64,000 bases of DNA from Candidatus Oxydemutatoraceae bacterium (GTDB lineage Bacteria > Pseudomonadota > Gammaproteobacteria > Poriferisulfidales > Oxydemutatoraceae), in contig OZ244717.1 in the NCBI GenBank assembly GCA_965218975.1, positions 160,001 to 224,000 on the forward strand, in the 5' to 3' direction. This document shows, in pieces, positions 22,783-32,637 of this stretch. A model generated the notes under the pieces. The model had not been told where the DNA came from. It saw only the letters and a list, made by a program, of their open reading frames with translations, and made no database searches. How positions within the stretch are numbered: the stretch's first letter is position 1; each line of letters starts with the position of its first letter. The translations under genes and the position numbers were made by a program.

Positions 22783-25191
22783 TCAGAAAAGCATCTGATC
22801 AAGATCACCACCGGGAATACCTTTTGCTCCCGGTGCGTCGGCAATACCTTTTGGAAGATAGTCTTTGCGGAAAGTTTCTATAATTGCGCTTTCATCGGCA
22901 GGATGCGCCAGCAACCCATTCACAATATTGATGCGCGCCGATATAATGTCATCCGGTTTATAGAAATTCGTTTCAGGTTTATCTTTCAAAACCCGCCCCA
23001 TAAAATCAATCCACATTGGCAAAGCGGCGCGACTACCGGTTTCATGACGCCCTAATGGCCTAACATCATCAAAACCGACCCAAACGGTACAAACAATATC
23101 ACGGTTGAAACCACTAAACCATGTATCACGCTGATCATCCGTCGTACCGGTCTTTCCCGCTAAATCGTTACGTCCCAACGATCCGGCACGCCGACCGGTA
23201 CCACTTCGGATAACATCTTGCATCATGCTGGTAATTTGATAAGCGACCCCCGAAGAAATAATCGACGGGGCGGGATATGGCAGAGAGGGCGATCCATCAG
23301 ACACCCTATTTGCCACCGTGCCTGCCGACGCAAATGTTGCGGTCGGCGTACTAGTCGGAAGCAAACATTCGATACAGGCAGTTAGCAGAGATTCTTGATA
23401 AATCAGTGTGTCATTAAGATAAATTTCATCAACTAAATAAGCATTCACCTTAAAGCCCCCGTTAGCAAAGGTCGCATAACCAGTTGCCATCTCAATCGGC
23501 GATGCTGCTCCTGAACCCAACGCAAAAGTTAGATTATGCGGCAAGCTAGTTCGCTCAAAACCGAATTGCAGAACATGATCAATCACAGTACGTAGCCCCA
23601 TCTCATCAACTAAACGAACTGAAATCAAATTACGCGAATGCTTCAGTGCTTCGCGTAGTCGCGTCGGACCAAAAAATTTGCCGCTATAATTCGACGGACG
23701 CCAATCTTGACGCGTGCCTTGATTACTAAATACAACCGGAGTATCTGTAATAATACTTGCCGGAGTGTACCCTCGCGTTAGCGCCGCCGAGTAGATAAAC
23801 GGCTTGAAGCTTGACCCCGGCTGGCGCTTGGATTGCACCGCCCGATTAAATTTACTCAGTTGAAAATCATAACCGCCCGATAAAGCCAACACCGCACCAT
23901 TATTCGGCTGCAACGCGACAATCGCACCGGCGACATCAGGCACTTGCCTGAGTGTCCACCCTTGACTTTGTTTTATCAAACGCACCACTTGCCCGGCAGT
24001 TAGTACATCCGATGCGGTCTCAGGCGGCAACCCACGTTGATTTTCATTGATGTACGCACGTGCCCAAGTATATTGTTTTTCATCCAGAACTATTGCCCGA
24101 CTGTCCGCCAAAACCGCTTGTGCACTGCTTGCTAAAACGGCGGTAATGACCGCCGGCTGCAACTCGCCGATCGGAAAATAGTTTGCAAGAATTATCTCCG
24201 GCGATTGCTCCTTTAAATCAAAGATTGCTTCGCTGCCACGCCAGCCATGACGTAAATCATAAGCACGCAAAGATTTTCTCAGACTTTCATCGGCATATCG
24301 TTGATATTGGCCATTCAACGTAGTAATCACAGTATAACCACCGGTGTAAGCGTCATCTCCATAACGCTCAACCATTTCTGCACGTACCATTTCGGCAACG
24401 TAAGGTGCGCTCACATCTAATGGCGCTCGGTGCCAAGTCGCAGTCACCGGACTCGATACTGCACTTTCGAATTGTTCGAGCGTAATCATTTCCAACTCAA
24501 GCATTCTTTTCAAGACTGCGTTTCTACGAGTAATCGCAGCGGTCGGATACGACAGAGGATTGTATCGTGAAGGCCCTTTGGGCAAACCGGCAATCATCGC
24601 CATTTGCGCTAAATTCAAATCACCGACAGATTTACCATAATAGACTTGCACTGCCGCACCGACTCCGTACGCATGATGCCCTAAAAAGATTTTATTAAGG
24701 TACAAATTAAGAATTTCCTGTTTGTTGAATTGCCGCTCTATTAGCAAGGCAAGAAAAATTTCCTTCAGTTTACGTTTATATGTCCGCGTACTAGTTAGGA
24801 AATAATTACGCGCCAATTGCATCGTAATCGTACTTCCGCCTTGTTTTTTCTCTCCGGTACGAAACAGGATAATAGCGGCACGCAGCAGCCCCTCATAATC
24901 AATACCGGGGTGTTCAAAAAAACGATCATCTTCAATTGCAAGAAACGCTTGAATCAAAGTTGGCGGAATTTCCGAATACTCAATAGGAATTCGTCGTTTC
25001 TCTCCGAATTCACCCATCAGCTCACGGTCCGCAGTGTAAATCCGCAACGGTGTTTGCAAATGAATCTCCTTGAGCTTTGCCACCGACGGCAAATCCGTAG
25101 CAACATAAAAATAAGCGAGTAAGACCACGGCGACACCTACTACGAACAGACTCGGGACGATGTATAAAATTCTCTTAAGCAACAGATTCAT
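22783..25191 (-). CDS. mrcA: Penicillin-binding protein 1A
   Basis: EDDRFFEHPG, GGSTITMQ, QPGSSFKP, KTGT. Confidence 0.95.
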   Translation of the reverse strand: MNLLLKRILYIVPSLFVVGVAVVLLAYFYVATDLPSVAKLKEIHLQTPLRIYTADRELMGEFGEKRRIPIEYSEIPPTLIQAFLAIEDDRFFEHPGIDYEGLLRAAIILFRTGEKKQGGSTITMQLARNYFLTSTRTYKRKLKEIFLALLIERQFNKQEILNLYLNKIFLGHHAYGVGAAVQVYYGKSVGDLNLAQMAMIAGLPKGPSRYNPLSYPTAAITRRNAVLKRMLELEMITLEQFESAVSSPVTATWHRAPLDVSAPYVAEMVRAEMVERYGDDAYTGGYTVITTLNGQYQRYADESLRKSLRAYDLRHGWRGSEAIFDLKEQSPEIILANYFPIGELQPAVITAVLASSAQAVLADSRAIVLDEKQYTWARAYINENQRGLPPETASDVLTAGQVVRLIKQSQGWTLRQVPDVAGAIVALQPNNGAVLALSGGYDFQLSKFNRAVQSKRQPGSSFKPFIYSAALTRGYTPASIITDTPVVFSNQGTRQDWRPSNYSGKFFGPTRLREALKHSRNLISVRLVDEMGLRTVIDHVLQFGFERTSLPHNLTFALGSGAASPIEMATGYATFANGGFKVNAYLVDEIYLNDTLIYQESLLTACIECLLPTSTPTATFASAGTVANRVSDGSPSLPYPAPSIISSGVAYQITSMMQDVIRSGTGRRAGSLGRNDLAGKTGTTDDQRDTWFSGFNRDIVCTVWVGFDDVRPLGRHETGSRAALPMWIDFMGRVLKDKPETNFYKPDDIISARINIVNGLLAHPADESAIIETFRKDYLPKGIADAPGAKGIPGGDLDQMLF

Positions 25192-25252
25192 ACAGGCAAA
25201 AAGTTGTATAAACAGTTAGTATAATACCAATTACTATTCATATCCGTATGAC

Positions 25253-26367
25253 TGTACGATGTTACCCTAAATGGGATTCTTGAAGGGCTTCGGAGGAAGC
25301 GTTCGGCAGTAACATTCGGATCGGCGCTTTCTGTCCGTTGCCGGCATGAGGACGGTGCAGGGTGAGATGCGCCCGGAAAACCGATCGGTTTTCAGCGGCG
25401 AACGACCCGACAAGGACGTCGGGGCTGGCGCTCATTGACAGAACCCAGTCTCGTCATGGACGAGCAGGGTGAGACGCGCCCGGAAAACCGATCGGTTTTC
25501 AGCGGCGAACGACCCGACAAGGACGTCGGGGCTGGCGTTCATTGACAGAACCAAGTCTCGTCATGGACGACAGACACTTTGCTGAGCATTCACCAACAAA
25601 CTACAAAACGGCTTCATAACCGGTCATTGAATGCTTCCGTATCGGCGAATAGCAGGTTTTCTGCATGATCGATACAATCTTCTTGAACGGTGCGGTTGAA
25701 GCGCTCGATGTGCGCGTTCATTTTTGGACACTTGGGATAGGTCAGCCACTGCTCAATCGCGGGTGATTCCCGGATGAGCCGGGCAAACCTGTCCTTGAAA
25801 CTCACTACCACCATCTGTCAGGGTGAGACGCGCTCGGAAAACCGATCGGTTTTCAGCGGCGAACGACCCGACAAGGACCGTCAGGGCTGGCGCTTATTCG
25901 CAGAACCAAGTCTCGTCACGGACGAGCAGGGTGAGACGCGCCCGGAAAACCGAACGGTTTTCAGCGGCGAACGACCCGACAAGGATGTCGGGGCTGACGC
26001 TCATTGACAGAACCAAGTCTCGTCATGGACGACAGGCACTTTGCCGGGTTGCGGCCAGACCCGCCGACGCCTCTTGCGCAGCGCTTTGCTGCGGTCATGC
26101 AAGGCGCTGAGCCCAGTGCGGCAATAACGTCGGCGCCAGCGGTACAAAGTGCTGCGACCGACCTTAAATGCGTTTAGGGTTACAATCCTCCCAAAATAAC
26201 AGGGCATCGTGTTTCTGTTGAGCCGTTGTGTTCATGAGCCTCTATTTTTGAAGCAAAATTGGCTCATATAGAAACCTTTGATGCGGTGGTGGCCGATGTG
26301 CTGATATTGCATATCGGTCACCTTTTCGAGTTAAGCCGTGAGTCCCATATGTATCTGGTACTATACA
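25253..26367 (-). mobile_element. IS481-like relic A with four nested ~100-bp units
   Basis: TGTA...TACA imperfect terminal repeats; transposase fragments (HTH RSTLYRW; TDGGSEF; NAHIERFNRT); no target duplication seen. Confidence 0.8.
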
Positions 26368-26426
26368 TTGATCAAAACTTCGATAATAAAAAAAGCATTG
26401 GGACATCAAGTGATTAAAGCGTTTCT

Positions 26427-26948
26427 ATGAAAAACCTATCGCGTATTTTCCTGATCGGAGCAATGGGCTGCGGTAAAACTACCGTAGGACAGGCGCTTGC
26501 CAAGCAATTGGGATGGGAATTTATTGACATTGACCGCGTGTGCGAAGCGCATACCGGAAAGAGTATTACGCAAATATTTGCAGATGAGGGAGAAAAAGCT
26601 TTCCGAAAATATGAAGCCGCTCAAATCGCCGAGCGAAGCAGCGGTAATAAAATTGTTCTTGCAACCGGCGGCGGTGCGATATTGATGCCGGAAAATCGCT
26701 ATCATCTACAAACACGCGGCAACGTGATCTTCTTGGATGCCAGCATTGAAACACAGGCTGCTCATATAAAAAACGACAATAGCCGACCATTGCTCGCCAA
26801 CAGCAATCCATATGAGACATTACAGAGACTCTATTGTGAGAGAAAACCTTTGTATCAAAAAATTGCCGATTTTAAAGTGAGTGTTGATCATCAATTACCC
26901 ATACAGATCGCTGATAAAATACTCAGTTTATTACGGCTTGGAACATGA
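26427..26948 (+). CDS. aroK: Shikimate kinase
   Basis: GAMGCGKTT, GEKAFR, TGGG, RPLL. Confidence 0.96.
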   Translation: MKNLSRIFLIGAMGCGKTTVGQALAKQLGWEFIDIDRVCEAHTGKSITQIFADEGEKAFRKYEAAQIAERSSGNKIVLATGGGAILMPENRYHLQTRGNVIFLDASIETQAAHIKNDNSRPLLANSNPYETLQRLYCERKPLYQKIADFKVSVDHQLPIQIADKILSLLRLGT

Positions 26949-28042
26949 TCGACTCATCAATAAAATTGTTAAATTTCGATAGCGGTGACAGCCGCTATCC
27001 GATTTATATCGGGCACGGGTTACTCAAGGAACCTTCTTACTTTGAAGAAATACTACATAATCGCCGCTGCGCCATTGTAACGGATAAACAAGTCGCGTCT
27101 CTATACCTAGCTCAAATCAAGAAAACGCTACCTGTTAAAAACTCGGTTGAAATTGTCCTGCCCGCGGGAGAAACCAGCAAGACGTTTGCGTCTGTTGAAA
27201 ATATTTGCGGCAAACTTCTGCAGAGTAGCATTGATCGCAGTGGTATGTTGATTGCATTGGGCGGCGGTGTGGTAGGTGACATCACCGGGTTTGCCGCTGC
27301 CTGTTATCAACGAGGCGTTGATTTTATTCAACTTCCGACAACCCTGTTGGCACAGGTAGACGCTTCGGTCGGAGGGAAAACCGGGGTGAATCACGTTTTA
27401 GGGAAAAATATGATCGGCGCGTTTCATCAGCCGCGCGCAGTTATAATTGACTTGGAGACACTGAACACATTACCCGCGCGACAGATCGCCGCAGGCACCG
27501 CTGAAATTATTAAATACGGTCTTATTATCGATGCTGGCTTTTTTTCTTGGTTGGAAAAAAACATTACCGAAATTCAACAACTGAAAACACAACCACTCGG
27601 CGAAGCGATTTATCGCTCTTGCGAAATCAAAGCTGAAATCGTCGTACAAGATCAATATGAAAAAACCGGACTGCGAATGTTGCTCAACCTCGGGCATACT
27701 TTCGGACATGCCATTGAAACCGGTTTGGGACATGGTAGTTGGCTGCACGGCGAAGCAGTCGGTTGCGGTATGGCGCTAGCAGCGCAGTTTTCAGAACGAC
27801 GTAATCTCATATCAGCCGACGATACTACTCGTATTATGGCATTGATCCGAAAAGCAAGATTGCCGATTAAATTGCCGGGAAACCTAAATGCACTTGAATT
27901 GACCAAGCTAATGCAACGCGATAAAAAAAATCTGGGCGGCAAGCAACATCTTATTCTATTGAAAAAAATAGGCGAAGCATTTGTTGACAAGCAGGTTCCT
28001 GTCACTGAAATTGAGAGTTTTTTAAGTACTTTGCGCACATAA
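26945..28042 (+). CDS. aroB: 3-dehydroquinate synthase
   Basis: GGGVVGD, DASVGGKT, NLGHTFGHA. Confidence 0.96.
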   Translation: MIDSSIKLLNFDSGDSRYPIYIGHGLLKEPSYFEEILHNRRCAIVTDKQVASLYLAQIKKTLPVKNSVEIVLPAGETSKTFASVENICGKLLQSSIDRSGMLIALGGGVVGDITGFAAACYQRGVDFIQLPTTLLAQVDASVGGKTGVNHVLGKNMIGAFHQPRAVIIDLETLNTLPARQIAAGTAEIIKYGLIIDAGFFSWLEKNITEIQQLKTQPLGEAIYRSCEIKAEIVVQDQYEKTGLRMLLNLGHTFGHAIETGLGHGSWLHGEAVGCGMALAAQFSERRNLISADDTTRIMALIRKARLPIKLPGNLNALELTKLMQRDKKNLGGKQHLILLKKIGEAFVDKQVPVTEIESFLSTLRT

Positions 28043-28170
28043 ATATCCATATCATTTTCTTCGATGTACCTCGTGAAAAACACATCCTAATTGAAGAATA
28101 CCCACAGCAAGAAGCATCGGTGATCCGTTATGCGCATGGTATAATGGGCGTTTATTATAAACCGTATCTA

Positions 28171-31100
28171 ATGAACCAAGCGCCTCATACAAAACTATAT
28201 TCGCCAAAATTTGAAAAAGACAGTTGTGGCTTCGGTCTGATCGCGCAGATGGACGATCAACCCAGCCATGAGTTATTGGAAACAGCAATTCAATCGTTAG
28301 CACGGCTGACTCACCGAGGCGCAATTGATGCCGATGGCAAAACCGGCGACGGATGCGGACTATTGCTGAAGATGCCAAAGGCATATATGCAAACCAAAGC
28401 GGTTGAAGCCGGCATCAAATTGGGCGACCTATTTGCAGTCGGCGCAATATTTCTTAGCCGCGACGAAGCCGCCGCCGCACGCGAGCGGCAAATGCTTGAA
28501 GAAGCGTTGCGCGGCGAACAGCTTGATCCCGCCGGTTGGCGTACTGTTCCGATAAACCTCGAGGTATGCGGTCAAGTCGCATTGGATACTTTACCTAGAA
28601 TTGAGCAAATTTTTGTCAACACCAACGAAACCGATCCGGAAACATTTGAGCGGAAATTATTTATCGCTTCACGTCGAACAGCCTGTATGATCACTTCCGA
28701 TACCAGCACATTTTACATTGCAAGCTTGTCATCTCGCGTTATTTCCTACAAAGGTTTGGTGATGCCGGGAAACCTGCCGATTTTCTACAGGGATTTGAAC
28801 GACAAACTTTTGGCAACTTCAATTTGTGTGTTTCACCAGCGATTTTCCACCAATACATGGCCGCAATGGCGACTTGCACAACCATTTCATTTTCTTGCGC
28901 ACAATGGAGAAATCAACACGATCCAGGGCAACCGTAACTGGGCACGGGCACGCATTTGTAATCTGAAAAGTTCTCTATTGCCTAATCTTACCGAATTTGG
29001 TTCGATTGTCTGCGAAGATGGTTCCGACTCAAGCAGTCTTGATAATATGTTGGAAGTTTTACTTGCCGGAGGGTTGGACATTTTTCATGCCGTACGTTTG
29101 TTAATTCCTCCGGCATGGCAAAACATCAGCCACTTTGACACCGACTTACGCGCATTTTATGAATACAATGCATTACACATGGAACCCTGGGACGGCCCCG
29201 CTGGCATTGTGATGACCGACGGACGTTATGCCGCTTGTGTAATGGACCGCAATGGTTTAAGGCCTGCACGCTATGCGATCACTAAAGATCGCCATATTAT
29301 ACTTGCATCGGAAATCGGAGTGCATGATTACCGTTCGGAAGAAATAGAAACCAAAGGACGTTTGCAGCCCGGAGAAATGATCGCAGTTGATATTGCCACC
29401 GGCAAATTGCTGTTGTCGGAGGATATTAATCATCAGCTCAAACAACGTAAACCTTACCGTGATTGGCTAAATAAAAACTTACTGCGCCTATCTTCATCCG
29501 CCGAAAATAATCAACTGATTAAAAATCCGATGCCAAATGAAGACATGATGACTTATGAAAAAATGTTCGGGGTATCTTCTGAAGAAAAAGAACAGGTTAT
29601 TCGCGTATTAGCGGAAGTAGGGCAAGAAGGTGTCGGCTCAATGGGTGATGATACCCCCTTACCGGTACTTTCAACGCAAACACGTTCGGTGTTTGATAAT
29701 TTCCGCCAGCTATTTGCCCAAGTAACTAACCCGCCCATAGATCCGTTACGTGAACAAATCGTCATGTCGCTTGAAACTTCACTAGGTCCCGAATTGAACC
29801 CTTTTGCGGATATGTGCGACTGTCGGCACATTGTGATTGATTCGCCGGTTTTGTCCGAACAAAAGCTTTCCATGCTGACAGATAGCACTAAAAGCGGCTA
29901 CTTGAGCCGGGTATTTGATTTGAATATTCCGTCGGAAACAAGAATTGAAGACGGCATTCGGACTTTGTGCGACGAAATTACCGTTTCTGTTCGCAACGAG
30001 AACATTACTTTCATCATATTATCGGACTATAAAATTGCGCGAGGGAAAATACCTATACCCGCCCTATTAGCTTGCGGCGCAGCACATCAACAGCTTATTC
30101 GCGAAGGACTGCGCTGCCGAGTCAATATCATTGTCGAAACTGCTACCGCTCGCGATCCTCATCATTTTGCGACTCTAATCGGTCATGGTGCAACTGCGAT
30201 TTTCCCCTATCTCTCATACCATCTATTAGAGAACATGCACCGCACACAAAGTGTCAAAAATGATATCGCTCCGGACACTTTAGCCATTAACTATCGACAA
30301 AGTATAAACAAAGGTTTATATAAAATTATGTCGAAGATGGGTATTTCAACCATCTCAAGCTACCGCAGCGCCGCATTGTTTGAGATTGTCGGATTACATG
30401 ACGAGGTAGTGTCGCTTTGTTTCCCCGATACAAGCAATCGAATACAAGGCGCTAAGTTTGAGGATTTGCGTGAAGATCAGTTGCGTTTAGCATGGCAAGC
30501 TTGGAATAAACAGACATCCATTCAACAAGGCGGTCTTCTGAAATACATTCATAACGGCGAATACCATGCTTATAATCCCGATGTTGTTCAAAGCCTACAT
30601 AGGGCGGTTAAGAGCGGCAGCTACGAAGATTATAAAGTATTCGCCGATCACGTTAATCACCGCCAGCCAATGGTATTGCGTGACCTACTAAATCTTAAAG
30701 ATACAAACCGATCAATTTCGTTGGATGCAGTCGAGCCTATTGAAAACATACTGCCACGATTCAATTCCGCAGGCATGTCGCTTGGCGCTTTATCACCCGA
30801 TGCACATGAGGTATTGGCACAAGCGATGAACATCATCGGAGCACGCTCCAATTCCGGCGAGGGCGGCGAAGATTCGGCACGCTACAACACCGACAAGTCA
30901 TCAAAAATTAAACAAGTCGCATCCGGCAGATTTGGTGTTACCCCTCATTATTTAATGAATGCCGAAGTTTTACAAATTAAAATTGCGCAAGGAGCAAAGC
31001 CGGGAGAAGGCGGACAACTACCTGGCCATAAAGTCGACAAAATGATCGCCAAACTACGTTACGCAAAAGAAGGAGTCGCATTAATCTCACCGCCCCCTCA

Positions 31101-32634
31101 TCATGACATTTATTCGATCGAAGACCTTGCGCAACTAATTTTTGACTTAAAGCAAGTTAATCCAAACGCGCTGGTTTCAGTTAAATTAGTTGCCGAAGCG
31201 GGCGTCGGCACGATTGCGGCAGGCGTCGCTAAAGCGTATGCGGACTTGATTACCATTTCAGGCTATGACGGCGGCACCGGTGCAAGTCCGTTAACCAGCA
31301 TCAAATATGCCGGCTCTCCATGGGAAATTGGTCTGACAGAAACACATAAGACGCTACGAGCGAATAATCTCCGCGACAAAGTTCGTTTGCAAACCGACGG
31401 CGGCTTAAAAACCGGTTTGGATGTAATCAAAGCTGCGCTGCTAGGTGCCGAGAGCTTTGGATTTGGCACCGCACCGATGATTGCAATGGGATGTAAGTAT
31501 CTACGTATATGTCATTTGAATAACTGTGCGACCGGGATCGCAACCCAGAATCATGAATTACGTATGCGTCATTTCATCGGTAAAGCCGACATGGTTGTCA
31601 ATTATTTTAAGTTTGTCGCAACTGAAATTAGGGAATGGATGGCATATCTCGGGGTATGCCGGTTTGAAGATTTAATCGGGCATACCGAACTACTAGAGAT
31701 TAACCAGGGAAAAACTGCTCGGCAACAAAACTTAGACCTTTCACCATTATTGTCTCAAGGCGATATTCCCGAAGGAAGACCGCATTTTTGCAATCAACCG
31801 AAAAATAAACCATTTGACCAAGCAATTCTTGCCGGAAGAATGATTGCCGACATCTCGGATAACATTACGCGAAAAATTTCCGGGGAATTTTATTACCAAA
31901 TACACAACACCGACCGCTCAATCGGGGCACGTATTTCAGGCGAGATTGCAAAACGTTACGGCAACCGGGGAATGCACGATAAACCATTACATATTCATTT
32001 CACCGGCACTGCCGGACAAAGCTTCGGAGTATGGAATGCCGGAGGCGTACTACTTGATCTTGAAGGTGATGCAAATGATTATGTAGGGAAAGGGATGGCA
32101 GGCGGAGAAATTGTTATTTATCCCCCTCCTCCGCTTGCATCGCAAAGTAACCGAATGCCTATTATCGGCAATACGTGCTTGTATGGCGCAACCGGAGGTA
32201 AGTTATTTGCCGCCGGGCGAGCAGGTGAACGATTTGCAGTACGTAACTCGGGGGCAATCGCGATTGTTGAAGGTGTCGGCGAACATGGCTGCGAATACAT
32301 GACAGGCGGCGTGGTCGCCGTCTTAGGGGACACCGGGGCAAACTTTGGCGCCGGCATGACGGGCGGATTTGCCTTTGTTTTGGATCAAAAAAATACTTTT
32401 AGCGACTTATATAATCATGCACTGGTTGAAACATACAGACTTGACGCTGAAGCGATGGATGTTCAGCGGAAATATTTGCACAATTTAATCGTTGATTACT
32501 GCGAAAAAACTCATAGCCCATGGGGAAAGGAAATCCTCAATAATTTTTCGAGATATTTGTCAATGTTCTGGTTAGTTAAGCCTAAAGCGGCGGAACTCGG
32601 CGCATTGATCCGTAACTTGCGCGCCGCCGCTTAA
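28171..32634 (+). CDS. gltB: Glutamate synthase large subunit
   Basis: EKDSCGFG propeptide/Cys, HQRFSTNT, QGAKPGEGGQLPG; ATG 28171 preferred over the longer ORF start. Confidence 0.96.
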   Translation: MNQAPHTKLYSPKFEKDSCGFGLIAQMDDQPSHELLETAIQSLARLTHRGAIDADGKTGDGCGLLLKMPKAYMQTKAVEAGIKLGDLFAVGAIFLSRDEAAAARERQMLEEALRGEQLDPAGWRTVPINLEVCGQVALDTLPRIEQIFVNTNETDPETFERKLFIASRRTACMITSDTSTFYIASLSSRVISYKGLVMPGNLPIFYRDLNDKLLATSICVFHQRFSTNTWPQWRLAQPFHFLAHNGEINTIQGNRNWARARICNLKSSLLPNLTEFGSIVCEDGSDSSSLDNMLEVLLAGGLDIFHAVRLLIPPAWQNISHFDTDLRAFYEYNALHMEPWDGPAGIVMTDGRYAACVMDRNGLRPARYAITKDRHIILASEIGVHDYRSEEIETKGRLQPGEMIAVDIATGKLLLSEDINHQLKQRKPYRDWLNKNLLRLSSSAENNQLIKNPMPNEDMMTYEKMFGVSSEEKEQVIRVLAEVGQEGVGSMGDDTPLPVLSTQTRSVFDNFRQLFAQVTNPPIDPLREQIVMSLETSLGPELNPFADMCDCRHIVIDSPVLSEQKLSMLTDSTKSGYLSRVFDLNIPSETRIEDGIRTLCDEITVSVRNENITFIILSDYKIARGKIPIPALLACGAAHQQLIREGLRCRVNIIVETATARDPHHFATLIGHGATAIFPYLSYHLLENMHRTQSVKNDIAPDTLAINYRQSINKGLYKIMSKMGISTISSYRSAALFEIVGLHDEVVSLCFPDTSNRIQGAKFEDLREDQLRLAWQAWNKQTSIQQGGLLKYIHNGEYHAYNPDVVQSLHRAVKSGSYEDYKVFADHVNHRQPMVLRDLLNLKDTNRSISLDAVEPIENILPRFNSAGMSLGALSPDAHEVLAQAMNIIGARSNSGEGGEDSARYNTDKSSKIKQVASGRFGVTPHYLMNAEVLQIKIAQGAKPGEGGQLPGHKVDKMIAKLRYAKEGVALISPPPHHDIYSIEDLAQLIFDLKQVNPNALVSVKLVAEAGVGTIAAGVAKAYADLITISGYDGGTGASPLTSIKYAGSPWEIGLTETHKTLRANNLRDKVRLQTDGGLKTGLDVIKAALLGAESFGFGTAPMIAMGCKYLRICHLNNCATGIATQNHELRMRHFIGKADMVVNYFKFVATEIREWMAYLGVCRFEDLIGHTELLEINQGKTARQQNLDLSPLLSQGDIPEGRPHFCNQPKNKPFDQAILAGRMIADISDNITRKISGEFYYQIHNTDRSIGARISGEIAKRYGNRGMHDKPLHIHFTGTAGQSFGVWNAGGVLLDLEGDANDYVGKGMAGGEIVIYPPPPLASQSNRMPIIGNTCLYGATGGKLFAAGRAGERFAVRNSGAIAIVEGVGEHGCEYMTGGVVAVLGDTGANFGAGMTGGFAFVLDQKNTFSDLYNHALVETYRLDAEAMDVQRKYLHNLIVDYCEKTHSPWGKEILNNFSRYLSMFWLVKPKAAELGALIRNLRAAA

Positions 32635-32637
32635 TGA

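Noticed and set aside
25362-25468. Group II intron, hammerhead or attC identity for the unit (GTGAG start, AC end on the minus strand)
   Set aside because: No canonical domain V/VI or branch A, no CUGAUGA core, no RYYYAAC/GTTRRRY pair.
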